The translations under genes and the position numbers were made by a program. From assembly GCF_963921235.1 (NCBI RefSeq), contig NC_086107.1, forward strand, positions 102,054,001-102,114,000: 60,000 nt of DNA, written 5' to 3'. The stretch's first letter is position 1. The number at the start of each line of letters is the position of its first letter. The notes under the pieces are model-generated. The model searched no databases and was not told the origin of the DNA. It saw only the letters and a program-made list of their open reading frames with translations. Below are positions 1-11,943 of the stretch, in pieces. Source of the DNA: Mobula hypostoma (Eukaryota).

Positions 1-400
1 TCCTTGAAATGTTCTAGATCACTGTTCTTGAATGCCACTGATACAGCCCTCAGCGGAATATAAAACTCCATGCCTTCTTGTCTGGGTTTGCCTGGTATGT
101 TCTCGAAGGCACACACTCATCCACAACCAGTCTTGTTGAGTCGGTGACAACTGTGGCATCTTCATCAGACTCAAAGATACTTATCAAACCGACTCAAAGC
201 AGTCCTGTAAGGGCTCCTCCACCTCCCTTGACTGGTCCTCGCCACTGGTGCTGCTGCCTGCACACAGGGCCAGGAGACCGGACTTGCCGATGCATGGGAA
301 TGCAATGGCCCAAGAAGCATTCTTGATGGTGGTGTAACAGTGGTCGAGCGTGCTGGCTCTTCTGGTTCCACAGCTGATACGTTGGTTGTAATTGTTCAGA
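1..400 (-). mobile_element. Rex1/Babar-type LINE fragment (endonuclease-proximal region)
   Basis: STLDHCYTTIKNA and LQDCFESV peptides in - ORFs. Confidence 0.7.
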
Positions 401-1255
401 GACAAAAAATAGATTTGAAAATAAATCTGAGATTTTTTTTAAAAATTGAGACATTACTTAATTGAAAGTCAGTGCAAGTCATTAAGTTATGGGTAATAGA
501 TGAACGAGGTTTAATGCAAATTAAGTTACAAGTAACACCGTTTTGGACAAAATCACAACTGCCCACTCTCTTGAAGGTAAATACCCACTTTCTTAAAATA
601 ATTACAATACTCTCTATATGCAAATAATCTACAAATATTATGGTGAAAAGTCGGTGGCTATTGATCTGCCTGCAGGAAATAGCACACTTGTAACCAAGTA
701 AGGAAAGAATTGATTGAACGAAGCCAGCAAAGTTGTGATGCTCCCCTTGTTAACAGCTTAACAGTCACATCTGGCCACCTGCCATTCCCCTCTCCCCAGT
801 GCCCACCTCCTTACTCCTCTCCTGTGGCTGTATGAGACCAAGGATAAAAGAGACAGCAGACGTCGGAACCTAGAACCAAAACACAGCACTGGGAGAATTG
901 AGCAGATCAGACAGCAGCTGTGGAGGCTACTGCATCAGGACTGAGCGGGGCAAGGATTGATTACCAAGTGCAAGTACGAGCCGGTGGGGGTGGGATAGCA
1001 CTGGCAGGTGATAGGTGGGACCAGAGGGGAGAGGATGATGGGACCAGCATGGAGGGGAGGGAGGGGTTAGAGAGATGGGAGGGATGAATAAAGGGGGCTG
1101 AAAACCAAGAGGACAGGTGAGTGTGTGAGTGGAGGGAGAACGTGGGTAGGAGGTAAAACATCTCATACTCCATTGGGAACTGACAACTAACAATATCATC
1201 AAGGACGCCTGCCACCCTGACATTCCCTTCCCTCTCTTCTGCCTCCTGGGAGGAC

Positions 1256-1965
1256 ATACAAAGTAGCTGGTTGTGGATTACAGGAGGAATGGAGACAGGC
1301 TAACCCCTATAGACATCAATGGATCTGGGGTTGAGAGGGTGAACATCTTTAAGTTCCTCAGCATACACATCACCGAGGATCTCACGTGGTCTGTACATAC
1401 CGGCTGTGTGGTGAAAAAGGCACAACAGTGCCTCTTTCACTGGTTGAAGAAGTTTGGCATGAATCCCCAAATCCTAAGGACTTTCTACAGGGGCACAATT
1501 GAGAGCATCCTGACTGGCTGCATCACTGCCTGGTACGGGAACTGTACTTCTCTCAATCACAGGACTCTGCAGAGAGTGGTGCGGACAGCCCAGTACATCT
1601 GTAGATGTGAACTTCCCACTATTCAGGACATTCACAAAGACAGGTGTGTAAAAAGGGCCCGAAGGATCATTGGACCCAAGTCACCCCAACCGCAAACTGT
1701 TCCAGCTGCTACCATCCGGGAAACGGTACCGCAGCATAAAAGCCAGGACCAACAGGCTCCAGGACAGCTTCTTCCACCAGGCTATCAGACTGATGAACTC
1801 ACGCTGATACAATTGTATTTCTGTTATACTGACTGTCCTGTGGTACAGACTATTTATTACAAAGTACTATAAATTGCACATCGCGCATTTGGATGGAGAC
1901 GTAACGTAAAGATTTTTACTCCTCATGACGTGAAGGATGTAAGAAATAAAGTCAATTCAATTCAA
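1256..1965 (+). mobile_element. Rex1/Babar-type LINE 3' fragment
   Basis: VERV..FKFL.IHITEDLTWS..VVKKAQQ..FYRGTIESILTGCITAWYGNC; ends AATAAA plus (CAATT)n tail. Confidence 0.9.
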
Positions 1966-2344
1966 GAAAATAAATCTCAAGGTTGTCTATGGTAACATAT
2001 ATGTACTTTGATAATAAAATTAGTTTGGACTTCTGAAATTTGAACTTTGACCAGACTCAAGAACAGCTTCTTCCCCACTGCTATCAAACTCCTGAACCAA
2101 TTCCCTCTTTCATGACCCTTTCCCAGTGGTGCTGCCACATTCTCAAGGATGAAAATTATTCACTGTATACATCTACATGTGTTTGGAATTTGCTGCTGTG
2201 TGTTGGTGTGACATGCAACAAGAAACAACATTCAACAAGTATAAAAAATAAAGAATTATATTAAAAATAAAGTTAGAAGTTAAAGTATGGATATGGATTA
2301 AAATGTGGATAAATACAGAAATATCAGCATGTAATTGTAACAAA

Positions 2345-3712
2345 GTTTGAAGTAAATATGTTATCAAAGTACATATATGTCACCATACACAACCCTGAGA
2401 TTCATCTCCTTGTGGGCATACTCAATAAATCCATAACAGAAATAATGACCAGAATGGAGTCAATGAAAGATCGCACCAACTTGGACATCCAACCATGTGC
2501 AAAAGCCAACAAGCTGTCCAAATCCAAAAAGAAAGAAATAATAGTAGTAGTAATAATAATAATAATAAATAAGCATTAAATATTGAGAACATGAGATGAA
2601 GAGTCCTTGAAAATGACTCCATAGGTTGTGGGAACAGTTCAGTGATGGGGCAGTGAAGTTGAGTGAAGTTATCCCCTCTGGGTCAAGAGCCTGATGGTTG
2701 AGGGATAGGTAACTGTTCCTGAACCAGGTGGTGTGGATCCTGAGGCTCCTGTACCTTCTCCCTGATGATAGCAGGGAGAGGAGAGCATGTCCTGGGTGGT
2801 GGGGGTCCCTGATGATGGATGCTGCTTTCCTGTAACAACATGTCATGTAGATGTGATCAATGGTGGGGAGGGCTTTAGCCGTGATGGGCTGGGCCTTATC
2901 CACTACTTTTTGTAGGATTTTCCAATCAAGGACATTTGTGTTTCCATACCAGGCTGTGATGCAACCAGTCAATACACTCTCCACCACACATCTCTAGATG
3001 TTTGTCAGAATTTTAGATGTCCTGCTGAATTTCTGCAGACTCCTGAGGATATAGAGGCACTGCTATGCTTTCTTCATAATTGCACTTTCATGCTGCTGGG
3101 CCCATGACAGGTCCTCTAAAATGATAACACCTAGAAACTTAAAGTTGTTGACCCTCTCCACCTCTGACCTGATGATGAGGACTGGCTCGTGGACCTCTGG
3201 TTTCCTTCTCCTGAAGCCAATAATCAGCTCCTTGGTCTTGCTGACATTCAGTGAGAGGTTGTCGTTGTGCAGATTTTCAATCTCCCTCCCAGCGGATCCG
3301 TCACCTCCTCTGGTTCAGCAAATGGCAGTGGTGTCGTCAGCAAACTTGATTGTGGCATTGGGTCTGTGCTTAGCCACACAGTCATCGTGTAAAGTGAGTA
3401 GAGCTGGGGGCTGAGCCTTGTGGTTCAGCTGTGTTGATGGAGATTGTGGAGGAGATGTTGTCCCAGTCCAAACTGTCTGGGATCTACGAGTGAGGAAATC
3501 CAGGATTCAATTGCACAGGGAGTTATTGAGGCCAAGGTCTTGAAGCTTATTGATTAGTTCTGAGGGGGATGATGAATGCCAAGCTGTAGTCAAGGAAGTA
3601 TACATCTTCACTCTCCAGATGTTCTAGGGCTGAGTGAAGAGCCAATGAAATAGCATCTGCTGTAGACCTGTTACTCCAGGAGGCAAATGAGAGTTGATCC
3701 AAGTTGCTTCTC
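2345..3712 (-). mobile_element. Rex1/Babar-type LINE, degraded 3' part
   Basis: VESVLTGCITAWYG..KAASIIRDPHHPGHAL; FADDT-like motif near 3330. Confidence 0.88.
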
Positions 3713-4379
3713 AGACATTATAAAGAGTGGTTTAAAGTGCAGTGACTGAGGTAATAGAGGGGGACTAACCAGAATGACTCAACAGATTATCTGTCTGGGG
3801 GGGGGAGAAGAAACTTTTATGACGCTGTGAGTAGCTCTTAACTTCTTCTATTATTGTCCCCTTAACATTTCTTTTTGCATTCCTCTAACTCTTCTCATGT
3901 TCATCATGTCAGTCGTTCTATTTACTGTGACCGTGAGCATCGTGCCCCCAAGAAATTTCATTGCACCCCGTTCACACGACAACCCTCTGATCTGACCTGC
4001 ACGCCAGCTGGATTTTCCTCTCTCAGTAAACTCCTAAATGCATTCACCTGCCCGCCTGGTTCATTCTTTGTCCGACCCCTTCTCGGGGTCTCGGCTCGAA
4101 TCCTTGACAGACACTTTTTTTTTTGCCTACACGGATGCTGCTCGATCCGCTGAGTTCTTCCAGCCTTCTGTTTTCGCTCGGTGAGACTAGTGGTGGGCAG
4201 CAAAGGTCTCGCTGGAAACGGAACTCTGCGAGAAACAAAGCTGGTGCCTGGTAGGACTTTCTGGAAAGTTTTAAATGCAGGGTTTTGAACTGGGGGGGGG
4301 TCCTGGAAAACATTGGAATTGTAAACTTTGATGGGTTGTATTGAGTGCTTATATTTAGAGTGGGAGGGTTTCGGAAAAC

Positions 4380-5080
4380 AAAAAAAAACGGGAGATCCTG
4401 CTTTAGACCAGCGCTACTCTCAGCAGCGAAGGCTGCTTCGCTGAGAAAAAGCGCCCGGATTCCGCAATAGCTCCGACAGCCCTTAACGTCAGCAGGCGGC
4501 AGGGTTTCTGGTTTCCTGCTGCGCGGCTGCCTCGACCCCCTTTTGTCTCCACACAGCCGCCGCTATTGGAAGGGCCGCTTATTTTGGTCGCACGCAGCGG
4601 CTTCGACAACACAAGCGCCGCTTTGTCGGGATTCCTAATGCGGTGCCAACCTCAGGAAATGCGAATTACTGATTGTAAACAGGAAGGACACAAAAGTTAG
4701 GTCACAGTAACCCACTAAATTTCAGAAGGGTTTCGATCTGAATGAACGGGGCTGCAAAAATGTCCTAAAGCTGTTGCATTGGCTGGATGCCAGGACAATG
4801 ACCCGTCCCCGTGGAGATTATTACTGTACAGCGCATTCCCTCCGATGCCAACATAATCGCAGAATTGCGTAAGAGCGAGCGGCGGTCTCTAGGACCCGCC
4901 GGCTGCCACCGAGGCGAGCCGTGCGGAAGCAGAAAGCGGTGCTGCGGCTCCAGCTGACCACGAGGTCCCAGCTGTTTCCCGCCATTGCTGAACTGTTTTA
5001 CTACAACTCCAAAACCCCCCGATCTTAAAAAAAACACACACACACGCACACGTCTGCCAACACCAGCTCCGTTTTGAAGA
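4380..5080 (+). promoter_or_regulatory. CpG-rich promoter / 5' UTR of the TFAP4-like gene
   Basis: Repeat-free, CpG-dense DNA immediately upstream of exon 1; CpG richness continues into intron 1. Confidence 0.65.
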
Positions 5081-5178
5081 ATGGACGAAATCAAAGGATC
5101 GATGGCTTATTACGCGGGCCCAAAGACACTGCAAGAATTCCGCAGAGCAGAGAAGGAAGTGATTGGAGGCTTGTGTAG
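5081..5178 (+). CDS. TFAP4: TFAP4-like exon 1 (MDEIKGSMAYYAGPKTLQEFRRAEKEVIGGLC-S); alternative start ATG at 5102
   Basis: EKEVIGGLCS matches the AP-4 N-terminus; donor AG|gtgtgt at 5179, phase 2, joins exon 2 in frame. Confidence 0.9.
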
Positions 5179-5257
5179 GTGTGTATGTATCCGTGATGTT
5201 TGTTTATTTCAGAAATTATGTATCAATGCAGGAGGCTCGGAGGGGGCATTTAAACGA

Positions 5258-5460
5258 GATCCCCACGTGGAAAAGGGGCAGCTGGAAGGAGCGGGGGTTG
5301 GGAATTAAAAATTACCCCATCCCAAGCACAGCTGTTTACCCCCGAAAGACACTGGAGAAATCCCAAACCCCTCTGTAAATCGGGACGAACCACCAAGCGG
5401 AATCCTTGCATCAATGGGAGGGAGGAGATGCGAAAATGAAGTGTGGACCACGTGGGGATC
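5258..5460. promoter_or_regulatory. Two CCACGTGG E-boxes (cores 5264-5269 and 5449-5454) at the start of intron 1
   Basis: Motifs read directly; MYC/MAX-type consensus; function inferred. Confidence 0.55.
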
Positions 5461-7544
5461 GCCTAATGCTCCGTTCTGCAATGTCCCGGCCCTTTATTCC
5501 TAAAACTTCCGAATCTCTAATAACACCTCGGCTATCCAAAGGGCCCGCGCCTGTCCAGCCCCCTCGGCAGTAATATCTTTAATAGATTATTTCCCTTCTC
5601 TTGTCTGTCAGATCATGGCCGCTCCTCCGTGCCGTATTTGTTTTGTATCAGTGGATCCGCCTACCTTTGCAATCTTGTTTTTATTCTAAAGTTACACCCC
5701 ACCCACTCAGTTTTATGTTGTTTTTTTTTAAAAGTCAAATAAACCCCAATTGCTATTTTTCCCCCTATTGTGTTGTGGGAGCAGGCTCCCGCTTGTGTTG
5801 TTGTTGCTGTGATAGTGGGAGTTACGTAGACACCAGTGAGTAGGCATTTTTAATCGTGACTGGTGCTCGTCGGGGGCATTTCCCATCAGTCCGACTATGC
5901 CCGGGGGCTGTTAGCGTTTTGTTGAGATCCCGGCTCTGGGCGGAATGCACCGTGGGATAGTTTATTTAAATAATATAAATGATTTCTGGCTGATCTCACT
6001 CCGTGACTAATCCAAATCCCCTTGCCACTGTTTCGGAATCGCCGCGTACTAAGGTCTTTCAGGCGCGGAGGGAAAGCGGTTCCAGTTCGGACACAGCCAT
6101 TGCGTAGTACTTAAACCGAGACGCTCAGCTTCTAGATAAACTTCCTCCTCACTTGTTTTTTTATATGTTGGTCGGGCGTTATAAATCCAGATGAGGACTT
6201 TCAATTTTACTAATAAAATTAAATGCTAATTATCTGAACCACAACCAGAATTACCGTTAACATTTTTTTCGTAAACATGTCTACCAAGTATTTAAAAATA
6301 TAGATTCTCATACGACTTAAGATTTTAATGTTTTAATATTTCGTTAGTTTTGTGGCGAATTCGTTAATATCGTAAATCACAAGGTCTTTTGCGGTTTTTT
6401 TGGAAAAAAAAACAAGTTTATTAGCTGCGATCGATCAGATTTCCAACAGGCTCAGGAGAACCCATTGAAAAAAGTTTAGGGAAGGTTGGAGGATTGTGAA
6501 TTTTATGAATGGGGCTGAAATTGACGAGGCTGCTGGTGAATCCCATTGGCTGCTGAAGGCAGAGTGTTGGTTGTGATGGGCAGCAGTACAACGCGGGGGG
6601 GGGGAGTGGAACTGCGACTGGGATATAAGTTTCTGTTTACTCTTTACGTAATGTGCGTGTGTCAGGCGAGCAAGTTTCACACCCTTGGACACGTCCGCCC
6701 TCTTCCTCTCTCCACCACCGCTGTCGATTGCGCCTCGAGCAGATTGCTGTAAAAACGTCATTTACCGCCCATAAAATGTCAAAGTCATCTGTGCGAGGGG
6801 AGAGGCCTTTCGGTCCATTCTGCGTATAGTATTAATAATCGATTTGTTAAACAGTTTTCGTGCAAACGATTTAGTTCAAAGTACTTTACAATAGGATAAA
6901 AGTGCAAACATGAAAATAAAATAATGAAAATAAATGCTTGTTAAATTAGCAGGTTTTGAGCTGGCGATTAAAAGTGTCAATTGAGTTTGCATCCCTTATA
7001 GTTTTACGTATTCAGTCCCACAGTTTAGGAGCGTAGTTTTTTTTAAAAAAAAAAGCTGGCCTGCTGATTATCTTTTGATTGTTTAAAGTTGAGAGAAGGG
7101 CGAAAGAAGACCCGAGAGCTCGAGCAGGTTTGTAAAACGAAAGCTATTTTTGTGATCTGGTTCCTTCGGGATGTCGGTTCTTTAAATGTCAGTCAGTTCC
7201 CGTGTTCTGCCCCATTCCTCACAGAGCTACAGGTTTTGTTTTAAAGTTCCCTCAGGCCATTCCCTCGTTACCAACAGGTTGCCAAGTCCACAAGTGAAAA
7301 ATATACAAAGTCACTGGAAATAATAACCATGATGTCACCGGATTGTAACGAATGGTGGCGGAGCGCTAATTAACCTAAGTTTTTAAAATTGTGTACCCTA
7401 CCTGGTTACAATGGGACACATTCAGGGCGCTCCACTCTCAATGGCTCCTTTCAGTGAGCTGGATGTTACATTGTTACTACTGTACTGATAACACAACTGG
7501 ATTTCCAAAGCAACTCTTCCCCGATGAAACTGGGAGCATGAAAT

Positions 7545-7648
7545 TCAGAATCCGAGGCCGGTTGAATATCACCCGCATGTGTGGTGAAATTTGTTAACTT
7601 TGCAGCAACAGTTGTTATAATGTAATAATAGAGAAAAAAGAAAATTGA

Positions 7649-7700
<52 letters not shown>

Positions 7701-8480
7701 AATAAGTAGGGATTTTTTTTAAGAAAGTAGTGAGATAGTGTTTAGGGGTTCAATGTTCATTCAGAAATTGGTTGGCAGAGAGGAAGAAGCTGTTCCTGAA
7801 TCGTTGAGTGTGTGTCTTCAGGCTCCTGTACCTCCTTCCTGATGGTAGCAATGAGAAGAGGGCACGTCCCGGGTGTTGGGGGTCCTTTAATGATGGACGC
7901 TGCCATTTTGAGGAACCGCTCCTCGAAGATGTCCTGGATACTATGGTGGCTGGTGCCCATGATGGAGCTGATTAAGTCCAACAACTCTCTGCGTCTTGCT
8001 TCGATCCTGTGCAGTAGTTCGCCTCCCTCTCACACACCAGACAGTGATGCAGACAGTTAGAATGCTCTCCACCGTATGTCAGTCTTAAAGTAAATTCATT
8101 ATCAAAGTACATATATATCACCATATACAACCCTGAGATTCATTCTCTTGCAGGCATTCACCGCAAAATAAACATAAATAGAGAAGCTGCACATAAACGA
8201 ACAGAAGAAGGCAAATAAATTAGTAGACAGATAAAAAAAATGAGAACAGGAGGAGTTGTGAAATCCGTGAGAGTGAATCCAGAGGCTGTGGAACTAGTTC
8301 AGAGTTGGGGTGAGTGAAGTTATCCTCGCTGGCAGCTCAGTAGTAATAAGTGTTCTTGAGCCTGATGGTGCGGGACCCAGGGCTCCTGTCATCCTCCTGC
8401 CCATTGGTAGTAGTGAGCGCAGAGCATGGCCTGGCGGCACTCCATGTAGACCTGCTCCGTGGGGAGGCCTTTGCCTGCGA
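7545..8480 (-). mobile_element. Two adjacent Rex1/Babar-type 3' fragments
   Basis: KMAASIIK.P peptide; 8090-8160 resembles the tail at 2355-2420. Confidence 0.7.
7654..7698. repeat. (TG)n microsatellite
   Basis: Pure TG run. Confidence 0.98.
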
Positions 8481-8866
8481 CGGGCTGGGCTGCAAGGTGG
8501 AAATGGGGTCCGATTATCACAGGGGGGGGTTACGTGTAAACACATCTATAACGTGGGGAGGGCCTGTGTATCATCAGTGCCTTGTTTTGTACATCCTGTC
8601 CACCAGCCCAACGGGTGTGACTGGAAACACCAGGAATTCTGCAGATGCTGAAAATTCAAGCAACACACATCAAAGTTGCTGGTGAACGCAGCAGGCCAGG
8701 CAGTGTCTCAACGTCGACTGTACCTCTTCCTAGAGATGCTGCCTGGCCTGCTGCGTTCACCAGCAACTTTGATGGGTGTGACTGTGACTGCTTTCCAGTT
8801 CAAAGTGACAATTGCTACAGCTGGGCTGTGAAGCAAGTTCAGGTCTGCAGTTACCATCTTTTATTA

Positions 8867-10650
8867 TAAAACCATAAGCTCTCGGAGCAGAAATAGGCCA
8901 TTTAACCCATCGAGTCTGCTCTGCCATTCCAACATGGCTGATTTATTATGCCTCTCAGTCCCACTCTCCCACCTTCTCCTCATAAGCTTGGCTGCCCTAA
9001 CTAATCAAGAACCTGTCAACCTCTGCTTTAAATATACTCATTGCCCTGGCCTCCACAGCTGCCCGTGGCAATCTGCTCCACAGATTCACTGCTCTCTGGC
9101 TAAAGTAATCCTCCTCATCTCTGCTCTAAATGGGCATCCCTTTATTCTGGGGCTGCGGCCTCTGGTCCTAGACTCCCCCACTGCAGGAAACATCCTGTCC
9201 ACATCCACTCAATCCAGACCCTTCAGTATTCGATAAGTTTCAATGAGATTCCCTCCTCGTTCTTCCAAACTCCAGTGAGTACAGGTCCAGAGTCACCGAA
9301 CGTGCCTCATATAAATAAACTCTTCTCAGGTATCATCCCTGATGAAGGTGGCAGAGTTTGTCATAGAAAGGTCGGTTGTAATCGATACCTTTATCTGGCT
9401 GGAAGTTTATTCATCAAGTGCACTGGGAAAGCACTGGATCCTCATTTTAACCCTTCCATTCCCCGGAATCATTCTCGTGAACCTTCTCTGGACCCTCTCC
9501 AATGCAGCACAACTTTTCTTAGATAAGGGGCCCAGAACTGCTCACAAAACTCCCAAGTGCGGTCTGACCAATGTCTTATAAAGCCTCAGCATTACATCCT
9601 TGCCTTTGTATTCTAGTCCCCTTGAAATGAATGCTAACATTACATTTGTCTTCCTTACCACCTGCAAATTAACCTTGAGGACTCTTGCATGAGGACTCCC
9701 AAGTCCCTTTGCACCTTTTAGTTTTGAATTTTCTCGCTGTTTAGAAAATAGTCTCCTTTGTTCCTTCTACCAAAGTGCATTACCTTACACCTCCCTACAC
9801 TATATTCAATCTGCCTCTTCTTCGCCATTCTCTCAATCCGTCTAGGTCCTGCTGCAGACTCTTGGCTTCCTCAACACTACCTTCCCCTCCACCTACCTTC
9901 GTATCATCTGCAAACTTGGCCACAAAGCCATCGATTCTGTCATCCAAATCATTGACATATAATGTGTAAAGCAGCGGTCCCAACACTGAACACCACCTGT
10001 CACCAGCAGCCAACCAGAAAAGACTCTCTTTATTCCCACTCCTTGCCTCCTGCCAGTCAGCCAACCTCCTATCCATGCTAGTATCTTTCCTGTAATACCC
10101 GGAGCTCTTATCTTGTTTACCAGCCTCGTGTGTGGCACCTTGTCAAAGGCCCTCTAAAAATCCAAGCAAACAACATCCACTATCCTGCCTGTTATTTCCT
10201 CAAAGAATTCCATCAGATTTGCCACGCAGGACTTTGCCCAAAGAAAACTGTGTGCCTCCAAGTACCCTGAAACGTCATCCTTAATCTTTGACTCCGACAT
10301 CTTCCCAAGCACTGAAATCAGGCTAACTGGCCTATAATTTCCTTTCTTCTGCCTCCCTCCCTTTTTAAAGAGTGGAGTGACAGTTGCAATTTTCCAGTTC
10401 TCCAAAAAAATTCCACAATCTAGTGATTCTTGAAGGATCTTTACTGATGTCTCTACAATCCCTTCATCTACCTCTTTCAGAAACCGGGGATGTAGTTCAT
10501 CTGGTCCTAGTGATTTATCTACCTTCAGACCTTTCAGATACTCAAGCACCTTCTCCTTAGTAATAACAACACTCACCTCTCGAATTTCTTGCATGCTACT
10601 GGTGTTTTCCACAGCTAAGACAGATGTTAAACACTTATTAAGGTTGTCCG
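8867..10650 (-). mobile_element. CR1-clade LINE, frameshifted RT and 3' tail
   Basis: [45 protein letters not shown]. Confidence 0.93.
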
Positions 10651-11943
10651 CCATTGTGCCTGTTCTGATCTGTGTGGCCAGCTCTGATTGTGCTGGGAGA
10701 CCATTGAGAGGGGATTTGGGAGGGTGGTGTTTGGACTTTGGGGCTTCCAGTTCTGGTCAGCAGTGCACAGCAGGCACTGGCTGACCCGTACCTGTCAATA
10801 GCTGCTGGATTGTTCACAGCAACCCCTGCGGCCGATATCCTGTTCACTGCTGGAGATTGTAGCCAGCTTTCCAAAGGTTTTGACAGCCTGTAGAAAAGAT
10901 TCTGGCATGCAGCCAGCCTTGGTGGGAGATCTGTCTAATGCTCGTGATAGAATCCAGATGCTGGTTCTTCTGGTGTCAACATGACCATGGAGGACATCTC
11001 CACCAGGGCGTCACAGAAAATCAGAGAGAGACGTGCATCGTGTATAACGCTGTTCGATTGGCGTTGCCCACTGACACCAGTGGCCGTTTGGCCCGATATT
11101 TCTGTACTAACTGCTGTGCACGACCCCCATTATCCAACACTCCCATCAAAGACTTTGTGGCTGAAGATTTGGAGCTACAAACATTTGACGTGATTAATGC
11201 GATTTCAGCAGCACAGCAGACATTGGCTTGGCTTTACAGGGCTCCAGCGTAGCTGGAAGAGGAAGGGTTAAATTCTTCCTGTTCCCTACAGTCATTGTTG
11301 TGGCTACTTGGCAGGGAAGGCCTAGTTATTGCAGACAACCGTTATAATATTCCCATTGTGTTCAGAGGTCACGTTCAAACCTTACGCATTGCAGATCAAA
11401 GCAGCTGTGAATTCGTGGACAATTCGAGTCCACACGCCCCACAACAGTCAGGGCACAGAGGAGGAGTCAAACCGGTCCCGGGCAGAAACAATGAGCTCCT
11501 CGCAAAGGGCAGAGAAATCAGCTCCAATCTGGCATTGCTGAGTGTTAAACTCGGCTGTTAACGCTACAGAAAACTCTCCGAAACGGCAGAGCAGAAATCT
11601 AAACCGAGACCGTCAGTGTTAGTGAGATCGTGACTGGATTTTGGGTTTTAGTTATCAGAACCATAAAAATATTTGTGTGTTGCTCAGTAACTCTTCTTCC
11701 CCGTCTCCCTCCGCCATCTCCCTCCCCCCGCCCCCGTCTCCCTTCCCCCTTCCCCCATCTCTGCCATCCCCATCTCTCTGTCTCTGTCTTGCACCCGTTT
11801 CTTGTCCCCTCACTCCCCCTCTCCCCCCCATCTGTCCCCTTTATTCTAATTCCCCACTGCTCTTCTTGCCATTTCTCTCCTATAGTCCCTGTTTCAATGT
11901 TTTGTCTCCTTGAATCAAAGATCCACAGATAAACACCTGGAGT

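Noticed and set aside
1273..1872. 199-aa ORF as a host gene
   Set aside because: C-terminal fragment of a Rex1/Babar LINE that drifts out of frame and ends in a LINE tail
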